A stretch of DNA of 64,000 nucleotides from Octopus sinensis (Eukaryota), in assembly GCF_006345805.1 (NCBI RefSeq), contig NC_042999.1:96472001-96536000 (forward strand), in the 5' to 3' direction. Below the pieces are notes generated by a model that searched no databases, was not told the origin of the DNA, and saw nothing but the letters and a program-made list of their open reading frames with translations. Of this stretch, positions 1 through 14,323 are shown in pieces. A program made the translations under genes and the position numbers. Numbering within the stretch: position 1 is the stretch's first letter; each line of letters opens with the position of its first letter.

Positions 1-289
1 ATAAACATATGTATATAAATGTATACATATATATGTATGTATATAGTGCACACTTGCATGCATAAATACATGCACACACACACACATGTATATAGTATTA
101 CTAGGGTATTCAGTAGATATGAATATATCTATGTGTATGTTTCTGTCTACACACATGCGTACACGTACACTTTAATACACATATATACGTGTGCACATAC
201 ACATAGAAGTAGATACATGTGTGACTATCTATATTTGTATGTATATTTATACGTATGTTTATATTTGCTTAAATATTCATGTCTATGTG

Positions 290-334
<45 letters not shown>

Positions 335-1733
335 ATATGCATAATTTCACATCCCTCACTTACATACAAACGCATGCACACATACACACACACTCCGCCA
401 ATCCTTGACATGTATCAAAAGATCTCGCTTCACCACTTTCTGTTTCTTTTACTTTTACAGTGAATGACATTGACTCATGTTTCGATATTTACAATAGTGC
501 ATCTTCTGTCCCTCAACGACCTTCTTTTACTTTTATCTCTTGCTTTTCGTCTTCACCATTTCTTTCGCATTGTTTTCGTACGTTTTTAATGTCCTCCTTG
601 TTTTTTTTCATAGTTTAGTTTTTCTGTGTAACTTATCTCTGTCATGCCCTCTCCTCTATTCTCTTTATGGCAATAAATGTAAAATATTAACGATGCTATT
701 TCTATCTCTTCATTTTCTTCTTCTCCTTTATCTTCTTTTTCTTTCTCCCTTTCTTTTTATCTTTTAGGAGGAAAGACAGTGCCCATGTCCTTCTACAGGG
801 CTTCGGTGACTGGTTGATGGAGGGAGGAAGGTATCCTCAAACTGGAGACTGTTAAAGGCACACAAGGTGCAGTACTTCCCATTCTGTTATTTAAATCGAC
901 CGGCTTGCCTACATCCGTCTTTTTCATTCATTTTGACCAACCATAGTGGATTTTAACTCCCGATTATAATACAAATGTCTAAAACAGACAACCATAGCCT
1001 TGCAATCAGACGCCGCAGTTTTCAATGAATTTCCCTTAACTACATTTAGCATCCCGAGGTTACTTTCTGTTATTGCTTAAAATTGATTGATTTTTATGTT
1101 AGCTTTCAGAGGTGATATCCAGTGTTCCCGTGAAACTTGCTTGATGAGAGAAGAGTGCTACTACACCGCTGACTTGCTCTTACTAAACAGCATAGATTCA
1201 AATTTGTCAGCAATCTCCTTTTAACGTAGAGAATAGCAATGTTACCATCTCAACTATTTTTTTTTAGTGTCAGATAGAATATTATTGTTAATAAATGGTC
1301 TAATTGTTTAATAATAATGTATTACAGGATGATTACGAGCTGTCATGTAGTAAACTGAAGTTACTATATGCCCGTGTCATTCGTGATATGTAGCTATCAA
1401 TAAGAGTTCATTTAGATTTACCTGGTGTCATGGGCTTAAAGTGAGGTAGAGAGTCCGTCAGTTTATTTCTTTCAGGTGCAATGAATCCAAGAAGAGAACA
1501 TTAGTAGATGTGTATGTCAGAAGTACGATTGACCAGGTGCAAATTCATTATATAACTGATTTACGAAAGGAATGTTGCTAGTGAGCAGAAAAAGAGAGGG
1601 ACTGACAACTGAGCACTCTTTGCTTCTTACTGTTGATATCTACGTTATTTATGGTGATGCACCAGAATATTTACCTGAGTTGACGATGTAAATACCTTAG
1701 CGTGTCAAATGTTCAATGAAACATCAGCTGGTC

Positions 1734-1828
1734 AGTGGATCATAAAATGTTCAGTGAACAAAAAGCGCAAAATGGATCATAAACTCGTCAGTGGATTATA
1801 AACTCTTCTAAGGACCATAAAGTCACCA
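1734..1828. repeat. Degenerate ~19-bp minisatellite, about 5 units
   Basis: Units cagtggatcataaaatgtt / cagtgaacaaaaagcgcaa / aatggatcataaactcgt / cagtggattataaactctt / ctaaggaccataaagtcac read directly. Confidence 0.6.
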
Positions 1829-3725
1829 CTGACTCAAGAAGTAAAAAATTTAATCTGAATAAAAGTTTGATTTGTTATTATTTTTCCATGAAATGACCTT
1901 GGCTTCTTGTAATGTCAGGCTTCAACAGGCTGAAATTTTCTCTCCGAACTACCCGAGTTAAACTTCCGCCGATATTGGAATGTCTCTCCAAATTAAGTTC
2001 TATCTTTAAAGCTTCTTTTAAATCATTCTGCAAGAATATTGACTGAGTTTTAATGAATCTTTACATTAAGTGGGAAATGGGTTTGCGTGTAACTTGATCT
2101 AAGTTCCACATGAATCTAGGTATTCCTTGAATCATCGTGCTAAATTCACTTACTGTACTGCACTAACTTTAACACTGTATTGACTTGTTTGTTATCCAAA
2201 AATGAGATTTGATTGTTTACATGGTACATGTACTTTAGTCTTTGTTGATAATACATCTCGTTTAATATGATATATCAAATTATCAAATTATATAGTTAAC
2301 ATTGCTTTTAATTGTAATCAGTTAAATTTAAATTGGCATACGAATGACATTTATCAGACTATTAAATATGTTGTATAACTGATATTTAATATCATGTATT
2401 CAGTTCACTGTATTTATAGTTCTATATTCGGATGATAATCTAATATTCATTTAACTTAATCTATTTTTGTTGCTATTTCATTTACACGTTATACACATAG
2501 AATAAATTATATGGTGAAAGCTATCTTTCAATCATCCTGTAATCCATTAACATTAAATAACTAGATCATTTGATAGCCATCCTATTATTTCTAGCATTCC
2601 GATTAATACTATCGAAGGCATATTAGTTAGAAACGATCTTAAATTTTGTCCCTTAGTGGTGTAAGTACAATTTCTACCGGTATCAGCTCCAGATTCAGTA
2701 CATTACGCATTTGTGCTATACTGAATTCAATTCAACTGGCTGTAAGAGATGGAGGGTCCCTGAGTCGATAGAACCACAGTAAAAAACTACTTTATGGTAT
2801 TTTGTGGCATTTGTGCATCTTAACGTGGATATAGTATAGAAAGCCACAAAACTAACTACGGTATTCGTCTCGAGACAGCATCTCGTACAGATGTATTGAA
2901 CTAAAAAGCATAGTATCATATCATTAGCAGAGGAAAAGTGTTCAGCAGCGGCGGTGAAATTGCTAAGTCTAGATTTCTGGATTTTTTTCTTTTTTGCGTC
3001 ATCAGTAGCAAATATCTTCTAGCAACTGCATTATCCACTTTAAGTAAAATATACACAATGCTTTTGTTAAAAAGGTGACTTGCTAAATTACTTATTTCGT
3101 TAAGGGCTAGAAGTACCATATCATGTGTACATAGGCTAAGCATATTAGTCTTAGAAGATTATTCTTGTTTTTATTTTTATATGGTATTGTTTCTAATGTT
3201 TTTAAGTCACCGAAAAACAGAGTTTAGATTATATTTGCTATTCTGAAAAATATGGTCTGCTAACTTTCTCTGAGCCTTTGTACTATACTATATTTGCGAG
3301 CGAGAACTGGCCATACATTCAATGTATCATTTTACTGGAAAAGATTCCGGATCTTTCTTTTTCTCACTTAGATACATGCCTTCTTAAATAAACTAATCAA
3401 CCTTATCTATCTTATACACTGAAACAGCTATAATTAAACTCTGCTGTTTCTCGTTTGTTCTCCGGAGACAAGTTTAATATAGCTGTTTATCTTGAAACAA
3501 TTTATGAACCAATTATGGATCTGACTGAAATAGATATTGAAAGCTTTACAGTTGAAGATATTCACAGAGATTATTAGCCATTGACACTAATCGATTTTAA
3601 CAAGATCCGGCTAACCTTCTTGACAGATTTAGCGATGCTACACTCACGCTTGCATCACGCAGACATCACGCACAGTTAAAGCGCAATCGTACACGCACTT
3701 GCACACGTATTCATTCTTATTCATA

Positions 3726-3727
<2 letters not shown>

Positions 3728-3806
<79 letters not shown>

Positions 3807-3837
3807 TGTGTGTGTGTTGTGTGTGTGTGTGTGTGTA
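3728..3837. repeat. Compound (TA)n(TG)n microsatellite
   Basis: Direct reading. It explains the overlapping [12 protein letters not shown] ORFs. Confidence 0.97.
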
Positions 3838-4360
3838 TAAATATATGCATACATATATATATATACACACATACATGGATAGATACATAGATACATATAT
3901 GTATATATTTATATATATATACATGCATATATATATATACACATCATACACACAAACACACACACAGACACATGTATGTGGTGAGCAAAATGAGGACTTT
4001 GTAAAAATTTAAACATGAAATTTCATTTGAAGACATGGAAGTGGGGAAGATTTTCATGTGATGTGCATTTTGTAAGGTTTACTTGCCGCTGGGGGATGGT
4101 AATAAATTAAATTTTAAATTTATGGAGTTCAAAAGAACTTAATAAATGGCATGGGGGTAAAAAAAAAACCCAACAATGCTCAATAATTTTATAAATTGAT
4201 GATAATATATTGTTGTGAATTAGTATTGTAGAGAATCTATATTTATATCTGAACCTTAATGCAGATGGAAGTTAATGGTAAATAAATTAAAAATGACGTA
4301 TATAGCTGTGTTGGGAAATATGTAACAATGCTATATATGTATATATATGTAACAATGCTA

Positions 4361-4406
<46 letters not shown>

Positions 4407-4936
4407 ATATATATACAATGGGGTGGATGCTTGTTTGTGTTGGTTCTTTTTGTATGTGCTAACGGAAGATTATGTATAAATAGCGTTGTAAAGTGATCGT
4501 CATAAGATAAAAATTTTTACAAGCTTTTATCTATGGACATTAAGCCATTGCATATCCGTCTTAGTAACTTATAATTCACAAAGGGCTTAGCGAAAAATTG
4601 TCTCAGCATAGCCTCAGTCCAATGACTGAAAAAAGTAAAAAATTAATTTTAAGAATCAATAATCTTTATTATTTTGAATTTGCGTCATATGTCACTTGCT
4701 GTGAAAAAATGCTTTGGGAAAAAATCGGACAAGCGATATGAAATTAAATATTAATAAAATACTTCATAAATATTTCCAGCGACGAATATTTGTTTCTCTG
4801 CTTTACCTTTCCTTCTTTAGATAAATCCCACTGCAAACCAGCTCATGCAAATCTTTCTTATTATAACTTCAGGTTTCCCAATACCTTTGCAAGTCGTACG
4901 TATGTACATACACTCATGAATGTGTGTGCGTGTGTT

Positions 4937-4967
<31 letters not shown>

Positions 4968-4986
4968 TTGTGTGAGTGTGTGTGTT

Positions 4987-5023
<37 letters not shown>

Positions 5024-5788
5024 TTGTGTGAGTGTGTGTGTTTGTGTGTGTGTTTGTGTGTGTGTGTGTGCGTGTGTGTTTAAATGTCGGTGTGAATATC
5101 GGCGAAAAAGACAAAGAAAAGAAAAGGAAACATAGAGAGAGAAATAAAACCAAAACAGGGATTTTGTGAGACGAGTTACGTATGTAGTTTGTGAGAAAAG
5201 TACATAGAATTTATTGATGACTGAAGTCAAGTGCGAGAAGTAAATAAGTAAAGTAGCAAACAGTCAGAGAACAGAAATCTCATAGCACCCCGCCACCCAG
5301 TTCAGTCTGGCAAGAAAGATGTTTGGAAAGGTGGAGTTTAAGAAATTGCTGTCGCTAAAGATCTCATTCGTGGGAAATCACTCGTTATAACTAAAAATTG
5401 CCTAGCTAAGAAAAAACATTTAAAAATGCTCATGTGTGAGCTAACCCAAAAAGAGAAGACATTTAGTAGGGGGAAAAAGAGAGGGAAAAGACAAGGATAT
5501 ATAAAACTACACCTTGGTATTTACCAAAGATGCAACACAGTGGGATAGAACGCGGGGTCTAATAGTCACGAAGCAAACCATTTCAAAATATGTGTCAAGA
5601 ATACAGTATATAGTGACAATCATGGCTGTGCAGTTTAGAAGCTCGCTTTGCAACCACGTCGTTCCAGATTCAGTCACAACGCAGCAATTTGAACAAGAAA
5701 CTTGTACAATAACCGTGGGCCACCTAATGCCTTGTAAGTACATTTGGCAGAAGGAAACTGTGATGAAGTTCCTCGTTTATATAATAGG

Positions 5789-5789
<1 letters not shown>

Positions 5790-5881
<92 letters not shown>

Positions 5882-5888
5882 GATAGAT
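5790..5888. repeat. (AGAT)n microsatellite
   Basis: Direct reading. Confidence 0.97.
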
Positions 5889-6292
5889 AAATAGAAAATA
5901 TATACAGGTTCTAAGGTCTATGTAATAGACTTTACCTTTCCCTTAAATTTGATACTTATGTAAGAAATTAATATTCATACCTATATTTTTGAGAGCTTTT
6001 ATCTCCGTTCGTCGTAGATGTCTTATTTCGGGTTGATTACCGCAGTACTAGACTAGATTCGGACTAGGAAACAGAACAAAATACCAGATGATGATAGGAG
6101 ATCAATCAATCGAAAAGTGGTGTAAATGTAAATATTGTTTTAAATTTCATCGCTAAAGATCACTAGCGTAGCTGGAGGTAGGGGCAATCCGCCCCAGGCG
6201 GCACATACCGAATGTCCAAATAATTATATTTCAAGAAAGGATGTTTGACATGTGTCGTATTTGCACAACAGTTAGGTGATATTAGGTTGGCG

Positions 6293-6535
6293 TACATACA
6301 TACATACATACATACATGCATACATACATACATACATACATACATACATACATACATACATACTTACATACATACTTACATACATACATACATACATATA
6401 TATATACCTATATACATACATACATATTTACATACATACTTACCTACCTATATACATACATACATGCATACATACATACATACATACATACATACATACA
6501 TACATACATACATACATACATACATACATACATAC
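6293..6535. repeat. (ATAC)n microsatellite
   Basis: Direct reading. Confidence 0.97.
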
Positions 6536-6779
6536 AATATGAGTGCTATATTATAACTGCTGAGTAATAATGGACAAATCGCTGATTCACCGAATTTCTG
6601 CGACTGACAAGAGAGTGTCAGTAACTTGGTACAGGGCAAATATCGGAAATATTGCTTGAATTTCCTTTCTAAGAGAACCGTTTACTAGTCATGCTGAAGC
6701 ACCCTTCAAAGCCGTGCCCCAGTATGGCCGCAGTACTGAAATAAATGAAAGATAAAAGACTCACACACACACAAACACA

Positions 6780-6844
<65 letters not shown>

Positions 6845-6848
<4 letters not shown>

Positions 6849-8146
6849 GGTAAGTCAAAAATTATTTGCACCCTTTTGTAATTTATTAAGATAAAAGCAG
6901 TGGTTGAACATTTACAAAATTTTTCTGACGTAGTTCCTTTGATTTTTCGATGTATTTCTTCCAACGGTCCACAAGTTTGTTTATTCCAGCGGAGAAGGTT
7001 TTCGGCTGGTCGCGCAGCCATATATGCACCACTACCTGCACTTCTCCATCCGTAGCAAAGCGACGACCTCGTAAAAGATGTTTGAGCGACCCAAAGAGTT
7101 GATAGTCATAAGGGCTGAGAATTGGATTCTGTGCAGTAACTCATTCTAGCCACTCGAACCCCAATCTTTCAATGGTTTCAACGGTGTAGGCGGCCGTATG
7201 TGGGCGTGCATTGTTGTGTAACACTGACACTTGATTTGACAATAGACCACGATGTTTGGTATGAATTACTGATTTCAGTTTGTTTGCCAGGATTTCACTA
7301 TAGCCTACACTGGTAACTGTAGACCCCTTTTATCAATTAATGTTTCAGTATAGACATTTTTGCGTTCTAAAAACAAAAACAGCAGCACTTTTTCTGTGGA
7401 AAGTTGAGTCTTCAATTTCTTCTTTTTTTTTTTTTTGGCTGACAATTACGGATGTGTTCACTGTATACTCTGCCTTTTAGATTCAAAGTGTTAGACCCAG
7501 GTCTCATTCTCAGATCTCATTTCAGATCTCAAAGCATTGGAACCAGATCTCATTCTCCTTGACTATCCTCTCCAAAAAAACTTTGCCTTCATCGTTGTAG
7601 CGGTCGAGTAAGCGTTGATAGACTTCCACATGACAGTGCTTATGCTCTTCTATAAACTCTCTTGGCAACCATCTTGCACAGACTTTATGGAAGCGATTTC
7701 ATATGCAGATCCACGACGAATTTTCAGAGGACATATTACTTCATTGATGGTCACTCGTCGGTTCGCCAGAACCATATCTAGAGCTTGTTGAATCTTCCCG
7801 TCAGTGGTGGAGGTTGATGAGCTTCCTGATCCCTCTTCGTGCATTACGTTTGTCCAGCCAGTCTTAAATTTCCTGATCCACTCCCACACACTGCTAAGCA
7901 GTAGTACGCTATCCTTGTATTGTCCAAAAAAGAAAAAAAAAAGCCTTCGATAAATTTCGGCTCCTGAAACACTTTCAGACCAGAGAACTCGGATCACTGA
8001 CCTCTCTTCTTCCTTAGTGCACAATGCCAGTGGAGCAAGAGTGGTAAAAACTGGGTTACGTAAGCACGCGAGCGCTAAAATCAGTGCCCCCGACTCTAAG
8101 AAAGTTTTGGCGAAATTGTGGATAAATAATATTTGATTTCCCTTGG
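6845..8146 (-). mobile_element. Near full-length decayed mariner (Tc1/mariner) DNA transposon
   Basis: Minus-strand translation gives the N-terminal HTH region (CTKEEERSVIRVLWSESVSGAEIYRRL...VWEWIRKFKTG...ANRRVTINEV) and the C-terminal catalytic part (LHNNARPHTA...SPYDYQLFGSLKHLLRGRRF...LVDRWKKYIE), with stops and frameshifts. Degenerate TIRs: caggggtaagtcaaaaattatttgcac (6845) vs the reverse complement of ~8118-8146, ccaagggaaatcaaatattatttatccac. Length ~1.3 kb is typical of mariner. Confidence 0.9.
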
Positions 8147-8198
8147 TGTGTGTGTGTGTGTATGTATGCATATATGTATGTATATATATATGTGTGTG

Positions 8199-8245
<47 letters not shown>

Positions 8246-8258
8246 TGTGTATGCACAC

Positions 8259-8336
<78 letters not shown>

Positions 8337-8350
8337 GATAGATAGATAGA
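8147..8350. repeat. Compound (TG)n/(TA)n/(AGAT)n microsatellite
   Basis: Direct reading. Confidence 0.95.
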
Positions 8351-8442
8351 TATAGTGTATGTATGTAATATATATAGCTGGGTATGCGTACAGTATTGGC
8401 GAATATATCAATGTGCGCATATATTATTCACATATATATGTA

Positions 8443-8493
<51 letters not shown>

Positions 8494-9008
8494 AAAGCGA
8501 GGAGATAATATGCGTGTGCGTAGTGCGCGTATGTGTGTGTGTATTTCTCCGTCAGCAATAGCCTACTTCACACTGGCAATAAAACAAGAAAGGAAAAGAG
8601 GGAAATGAAAAGATGAAGGATCTTCGATGGAGCAGTTAGAATGAAAGACTTTGAACTAGGCCCAATATGTCTTTTCTATTGCTCTTAAAACACCATGAAC
8701 TTGGCATTTTTTCAGATAGACAGTAAAGGGATTCATACATACATACATACATACATACATACATACATACATACATACATACATACATACATAGGCAATG
8801 TAGGTAAAATGGAGTGTATGTAGGTTAATAGCTAAATTGATAGACAGATGAGGCATATATATATATATATACATATACACGTTGGGTAAGGAAAATGGTG
8901 TGTGTGAGTGTGTGTGTGCGCGTGTGCAGACAAAATCTAAGGCACACAAGATAATCTCTAACGTAACGAGGTAGGTTGGAAAGTAAATAAATAGCTAAAT
9001 AGAGAAGG

Positions 9009-9123
<115 letters not shown>

Positions 9124-9404
9124 CAAGTAATTAGTAAAAACATTAAAGACACTGAGACAAAACAGAAGTTAAGATAGAGATAGGTAGGTAGATATATAAG
9201 ATAAACATATAGCCTTGGTAGATCAATGAAGATTATAACGATGATGCAGATTAGGTTATTTTTTCTCCCGATTCCACTTCATATCCTTCCTGATAATAGT
9301 TATTTATACACACTTGTGCACAGATTTGTTCGTTCATATAGTTCAGCAATGTCTTTTAATAAAGAAGGTCGTCGTGTGTCAGTGAAGGTAGAAAGAGCAA
9401 GAAT

Positions 9405-9592
9405 AAGGCCGGACAAAAAGCTTTACAGCATTTCGTCTATCTTTAAGCTCTGTGGTAATCATCTTAGCCTTTCACCCTCTTGAAATCGATAAAGTAAGCA
9501 CCAGTTGAATATTTAGATCGATGTAATCGACTACTCCCCTTTCCCAAAATTTCAGGTCGTGTGCTTATAGTAGAGAAGGTTATATTATTATT
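9405..9592 (+). mobile_element. SINE family A (octopus-type tRNA-derived SINE), degraded
   Basis: gcctttcaccctcttgaaatcgataaagtaagcaccagttg...tcgatgtaatcgactactcccc...caaaatttcaggtcgtgtgcttatagtagagaagg plus a (TTA) tail aligns by eye with the copy at 38434-38640. Confidence 0.8.
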
Positions 9593-11556
9593 AGTCTCCT
9601 CTGAAGATCACTACGAATTTGGCATCTTCCATTAGTATGGTTGCATTTGGCGGTGCCAATTAGTGTTGAAAGTACTTGGGAAAATCTCGATTGTTTCTGG
9701 GCATTCTGTGCCATGCTTCCTTCACACGCACACACATATTATCATTTCAGCCACCTCATTAAACACGGGGAAGTTGTTATGATTCCAATCATGCAGCAAC
9801 TCTATTATTTTACCAAAAAGCAAACATTTGTTATTTGTTCTCAACATTAGTCTTTTTCTTACATCTCTGGTGAAAAGTTCATTGCTTCCATCAGTACTTC
9901 GTGAATCTTCTCTCTGTTGTCTTTCCTAAGGTCAGTCCCACCCAAGTGAATCCGTTACACAGCCACAAGGTCAACATTGCCTTTCATTCTTTGGTAGTCG
10001 ATAACAGAAAGTACTAGTCAACAACTAAACTCCTCAAGTCAATTTTTCTAGTCTTGTATGTTGTTCGATGAATAAAAGCAACCTAACAGAGAAAAGTACT
10101 CAGTGTCATAAATATGCGATCAACTAAAATGCTTCTTAGCGAAGAAGGAGAAAGAACACATATATTTTCGTCATAGAAAGAACAAACAAGAGCTTTCCTT
10201 ATGCCCTCAAAGCAGCAACTGGGGTTAGCCCTGGTAGAATTGTAGATAGGTGAAATGCGAATTGCAGAGGGAAGTAGCAAGCGCTTTATCATGGATATAT
10301 GGCTAGGAGCATGTGAGAGAAACGTCATATCTGAAATGACAAATCCTTATGTGCTCCATATTAAGTGCAGAAAAAAGTCAGTGATCAGGGTAGAAAGTAT
10401 TTCTTCCCAGAAAAAAAAAAGAAAAATGGCGAAGACAACACTAATAACAGAAGGCTACAGAAATGACTACTCTCAAGCCACTACTGGTCGAAACTCCAGA
10501 GAAAACGGAATACTTGTTCTCAGCCATCGAAGTCGATTTTCAGGATCTATTCCAGGCTATAACCAGAATTATCAGCCCATCATCATGCAACGTTGGGCAG
10601 GAGTATAATGAATAGAGAAGTTGAGCAGAACGTACATTATAGGGTCCAGTTCCTATCACTGAAGTTTGCATTGCTTCAAATAGACGAATTAGGATAGTGC
10701 AAAAAGGTCAAGGAAAAGATGAAGAGTAAATATATGACTTGGGCTCTGTTTATGTGGAGAAGGCAAGATATAGCCTACTGGTGAAAATAAATTTATAAGT
10801 ATATAAACTACTGTACTGTAATCATCAAGAGGATGAGGTCCTTTCTCCCCTACTGCTCACAGTTTTCCCAGACCAATGATCTGGATGCAGACTTCATGAG
10901 AATGGAAGGTGATCAGAGTCGTAGAGTTTCCTGATAAAACCGAAGTAGGATTTTCACACCTATGTGTGGGTGGATTGCTCTTATTTGTTTTATGCTTTAT
11001 GTGATGGGGGTGGTTAAAAATTTTGAGGACAAATCTTTTGAGAACAAACGAATTTTGAGGACAATTCGTTTGAGCCAAGTCGTAATCGGCTTCAAGATGA
11101 AGGTAAAAGTAGAGAACGCTGTTGTACATGCGCGAGTGGCGAACTTAGCCTTGATGTGTCAAAGTAATCTGTTTTTTTTTTGCGCATGACGCTTATAATT
11201 GCCTTCTGTGTATGTTCCCATTTTATGTGTCGTTTTTATATTATTTTCTTAGGGTTTTTTCTTGTTATTATTGTTTATTGTCATTTCTTTATTATTGTTA
11301 TTTCTGTTGTTATTACTGTTCAACTCAAGATCTACCCTAGTCTACGAAACCTTTAGTCAATGAGGTTCCAGCAGTGGTTACCCAATATATTTAGCAGTAT
11401 CTAGGACTGCATTATCTGAGCTTCCTTTCTCTGTCTAATTTGTGAAATATTTGATTGTTACTTCTAGCATATCGAACAACCGTGTAGTGGTTCTTTTAAC
11501 AATTATGTTGATGGTGGTAGCAGTTGTGCTGGTAAAGCTGGTAAAGCAAATGGAAC

Positions 11557-11614
11557 GATGATGATGATGTAGGTGGTGGTGGTGGTGGTGGTGGTGGTGG
11601 TGGTGGTGATGATA

Positions 11615-11656
<42 letters not shown>

Positions 11657-12004
11657 GATGATGATAATAATGATGTTAATGGAGGTTGTGGTACTGCTGG
11701 AGATGATGATAGAGATTATGAGAGGAGGATAAAGAAGTTGAAGGGTTGAAGGGAGGCGGAGGAGGAAAGGGCGGAGAAAATCTGAATCCCACCTTCCATT
11801 TTGTATATTGGAACAATTCCAATGTGGTATCAGCTCTGTGTTATTTAGCTGACGGTTATCACCAACAGACTAACCCCTGGGTGGGAAGGATGTTTAAGGG
11901 CAATGAATATAACCGTGAATGGAAAGTTAAGCCCAGGCAAAAACGACAGGTGAAGGACAAGCGGAAGATAAACGTGATGCACACGACTGATAATAGGTAT
12001 AGGC

Positions 12005-12043
<39 letters not shown>

Positions 12044-12044
12044 T

Positions 12045-12077
<33 letters not shown>
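11557..12077. repeat. Cluster of (GAT)n, (GGT)n and (TAG)n trinucleotide repeats
   Basis: Direct reading at 11557-11675 and 12005-12077. Confidence 0.9.
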
Positions 12078-12078
<1 letters not shown>

Positions 12079-12267
12079 AATAAAGGAGACTGTTGACATA
12101 CAACAAAACGTCATTTTGACAAATGCCCCAACGCCATATGTGTGTATGTGCGTGTGTACGTGTGCCTGTGTTTGTGCGTGTAAGCATGCATGTATGTATA
12201 CACACATACATATACATGGATAAATAGATAGATAGATAGATATGTACATACGTATACACACACATAC

Positions 12268-12307
<40 letters not shown>

Positions 12308-12689
12308 GTGTGTCTATGTGTGTATATATGTTTATATGTATATATAAATATATATATATATACTATTTATAGGTATGAAGATATGTATATGTATATAGAT
12401 ATTTATGTGTATATATGTATATATATGCACATACATATATATATGTATATATATGCATATGTATATATACATACATACATACATACATACATACATACAT
12501 ACATACATACATACATACATACATACATGCATATATACATGTATGAATATGTGAATGAATGTTAAGTACAAATATAGCAAGGCACTATGTGAATTGTAGC
12601 ATTGAAGTATCCAACGTTTGTGTCATGACTCAGAGGTATTATTTCTATTTCTTGCTAATATCTCTTACCATCCACACACACGACGTATT

Positions 12690-12721
<32 letters not shown>

Positions 12722-12783
12722 CACACACACCACACACACACACACACACACACTTACACACACAATATGTTTTATCGACAGAA

Positions 12784-12901
12784 AGTTACAAAAGTTAATC
12801 AAGGTCGAGAGTTTCGTAGGTCGAAAGTTTCGTGTACAACACCCAGTAAACTAGAAAGTGCTTTGCACGAAACTCCCGGTCTTTGAGTAACTTCTGTAAC
12901 T
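12784..12901. repeat. Degraded palindromic (MITE-like) element
   Basis: Left arm agttacaaaagttaatcaaggtcgagagtttcgt...gtacaacac matches the reverse complement of the right arm (agttacagaagttactcaaagaccgggagtttcgtgcaaagcac). The left arm has an internal ~16-bp duplication. Confidence 0.65.
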
Positions 12902-13720
12902 GTCTTTATTAAATATAGTAAAAGATTTCATACATTTATGTATTGAGTTGTTTCTATCGTGTTTTTTCTTCCCGACACATGCGCGCACACATACTTACAA
13001 GCAAACATATGTATCTATATATGTGTGTACGTGTGTGTATGTAACGTTTTGTACATATATGTATTAATAGAGCTGCAAAGACACCACAAAAGCTGTTATT
13101 CAGTTTCATGTTCCCGTTGGTCGGATAGTTTTGATTCTCAAAATCAAAATAGTACTCGAGTATTCGAGTACTATTTCTTTCACCTTGTTTCATATTTATG
13201 TACTTACTCTGGTATGTATGTGTGTATGTATGTATGTATGTATGTATGTATGTATGTTGTATGTATGTATGTATGTATGTATGTATGTATGTATGTGTAT
13301 GTGTGCGTGTGTCCGTGTGTATGTATGTATGCATCTATATATATATATATATATTGCTGTTATTATGAAAAAGTGTTGTGAGTCCAAAACGTTGCTTTTT
13401 CAGAAAACGAAAAAATAGTTTCACCATTCCATTTCGTTTTACAATAGCAACAGTTTCAGCTTAACAATACTTTGTTGGGTGCATAAAATGCATGTCTGAT
13501 ATCTTCAGTCCGAAATATTTTTGCAAAGCTGTCGTATATAGTGTTTACTACAGTTTTGAAAAATGCTAAACCGTTGTAACTGCACCTTGACAATTATCAT
13601 CAGAAGCAGCTGGGGATTCGATAGTTTGACCAAAAGAACTGGCTATTGCAAGCAAAATTAAATATTTAAAAATGCGCATTTGGCTAAATTTGGACATACG
13701 CCAGTTTAACATGAGAGCAA

Positions 13721-13953
<233 letters not shown>

Positions 13954-14323
13954 TATAAAGTTCACAGATGAGATCCAGAGATTCTCAGTATAGAAGACAG
14001 TAGCACTCAAGAGATTGAAAGTTAAGCTCCGATATCTTTACAGGGTATCAATCCACAAGGTAAACAAAGGCTGCAAAAGGGATCCATTTGACCGGCTATA
14101 TAGGCAATTATGCGGATAAACAAATTAGACACATCAAATATATTAAGCATATTAAAAACGCCAATTTCAAATATTTATAGATGTATACATGCAAAACGAG
14201 AGAAAGCAAAAGGCGGAGACTTTCAGATGATGAATTTTCATGTATAAATTTATATTAATAGGTCCAACTTACACAGAGTACAAGCGATAGAGAAAATGAG
14301 AAGAGTGGGAGAAAGGTGTAAAA

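Noticed and set aside
10255-10608. 117-aa ORF ending in MQRWAGV, reminiscent of the RTE LINE LRWAGHV motif
   Set aside because: Only one short motif, with no supporting RT motifs in neighbouring frames.
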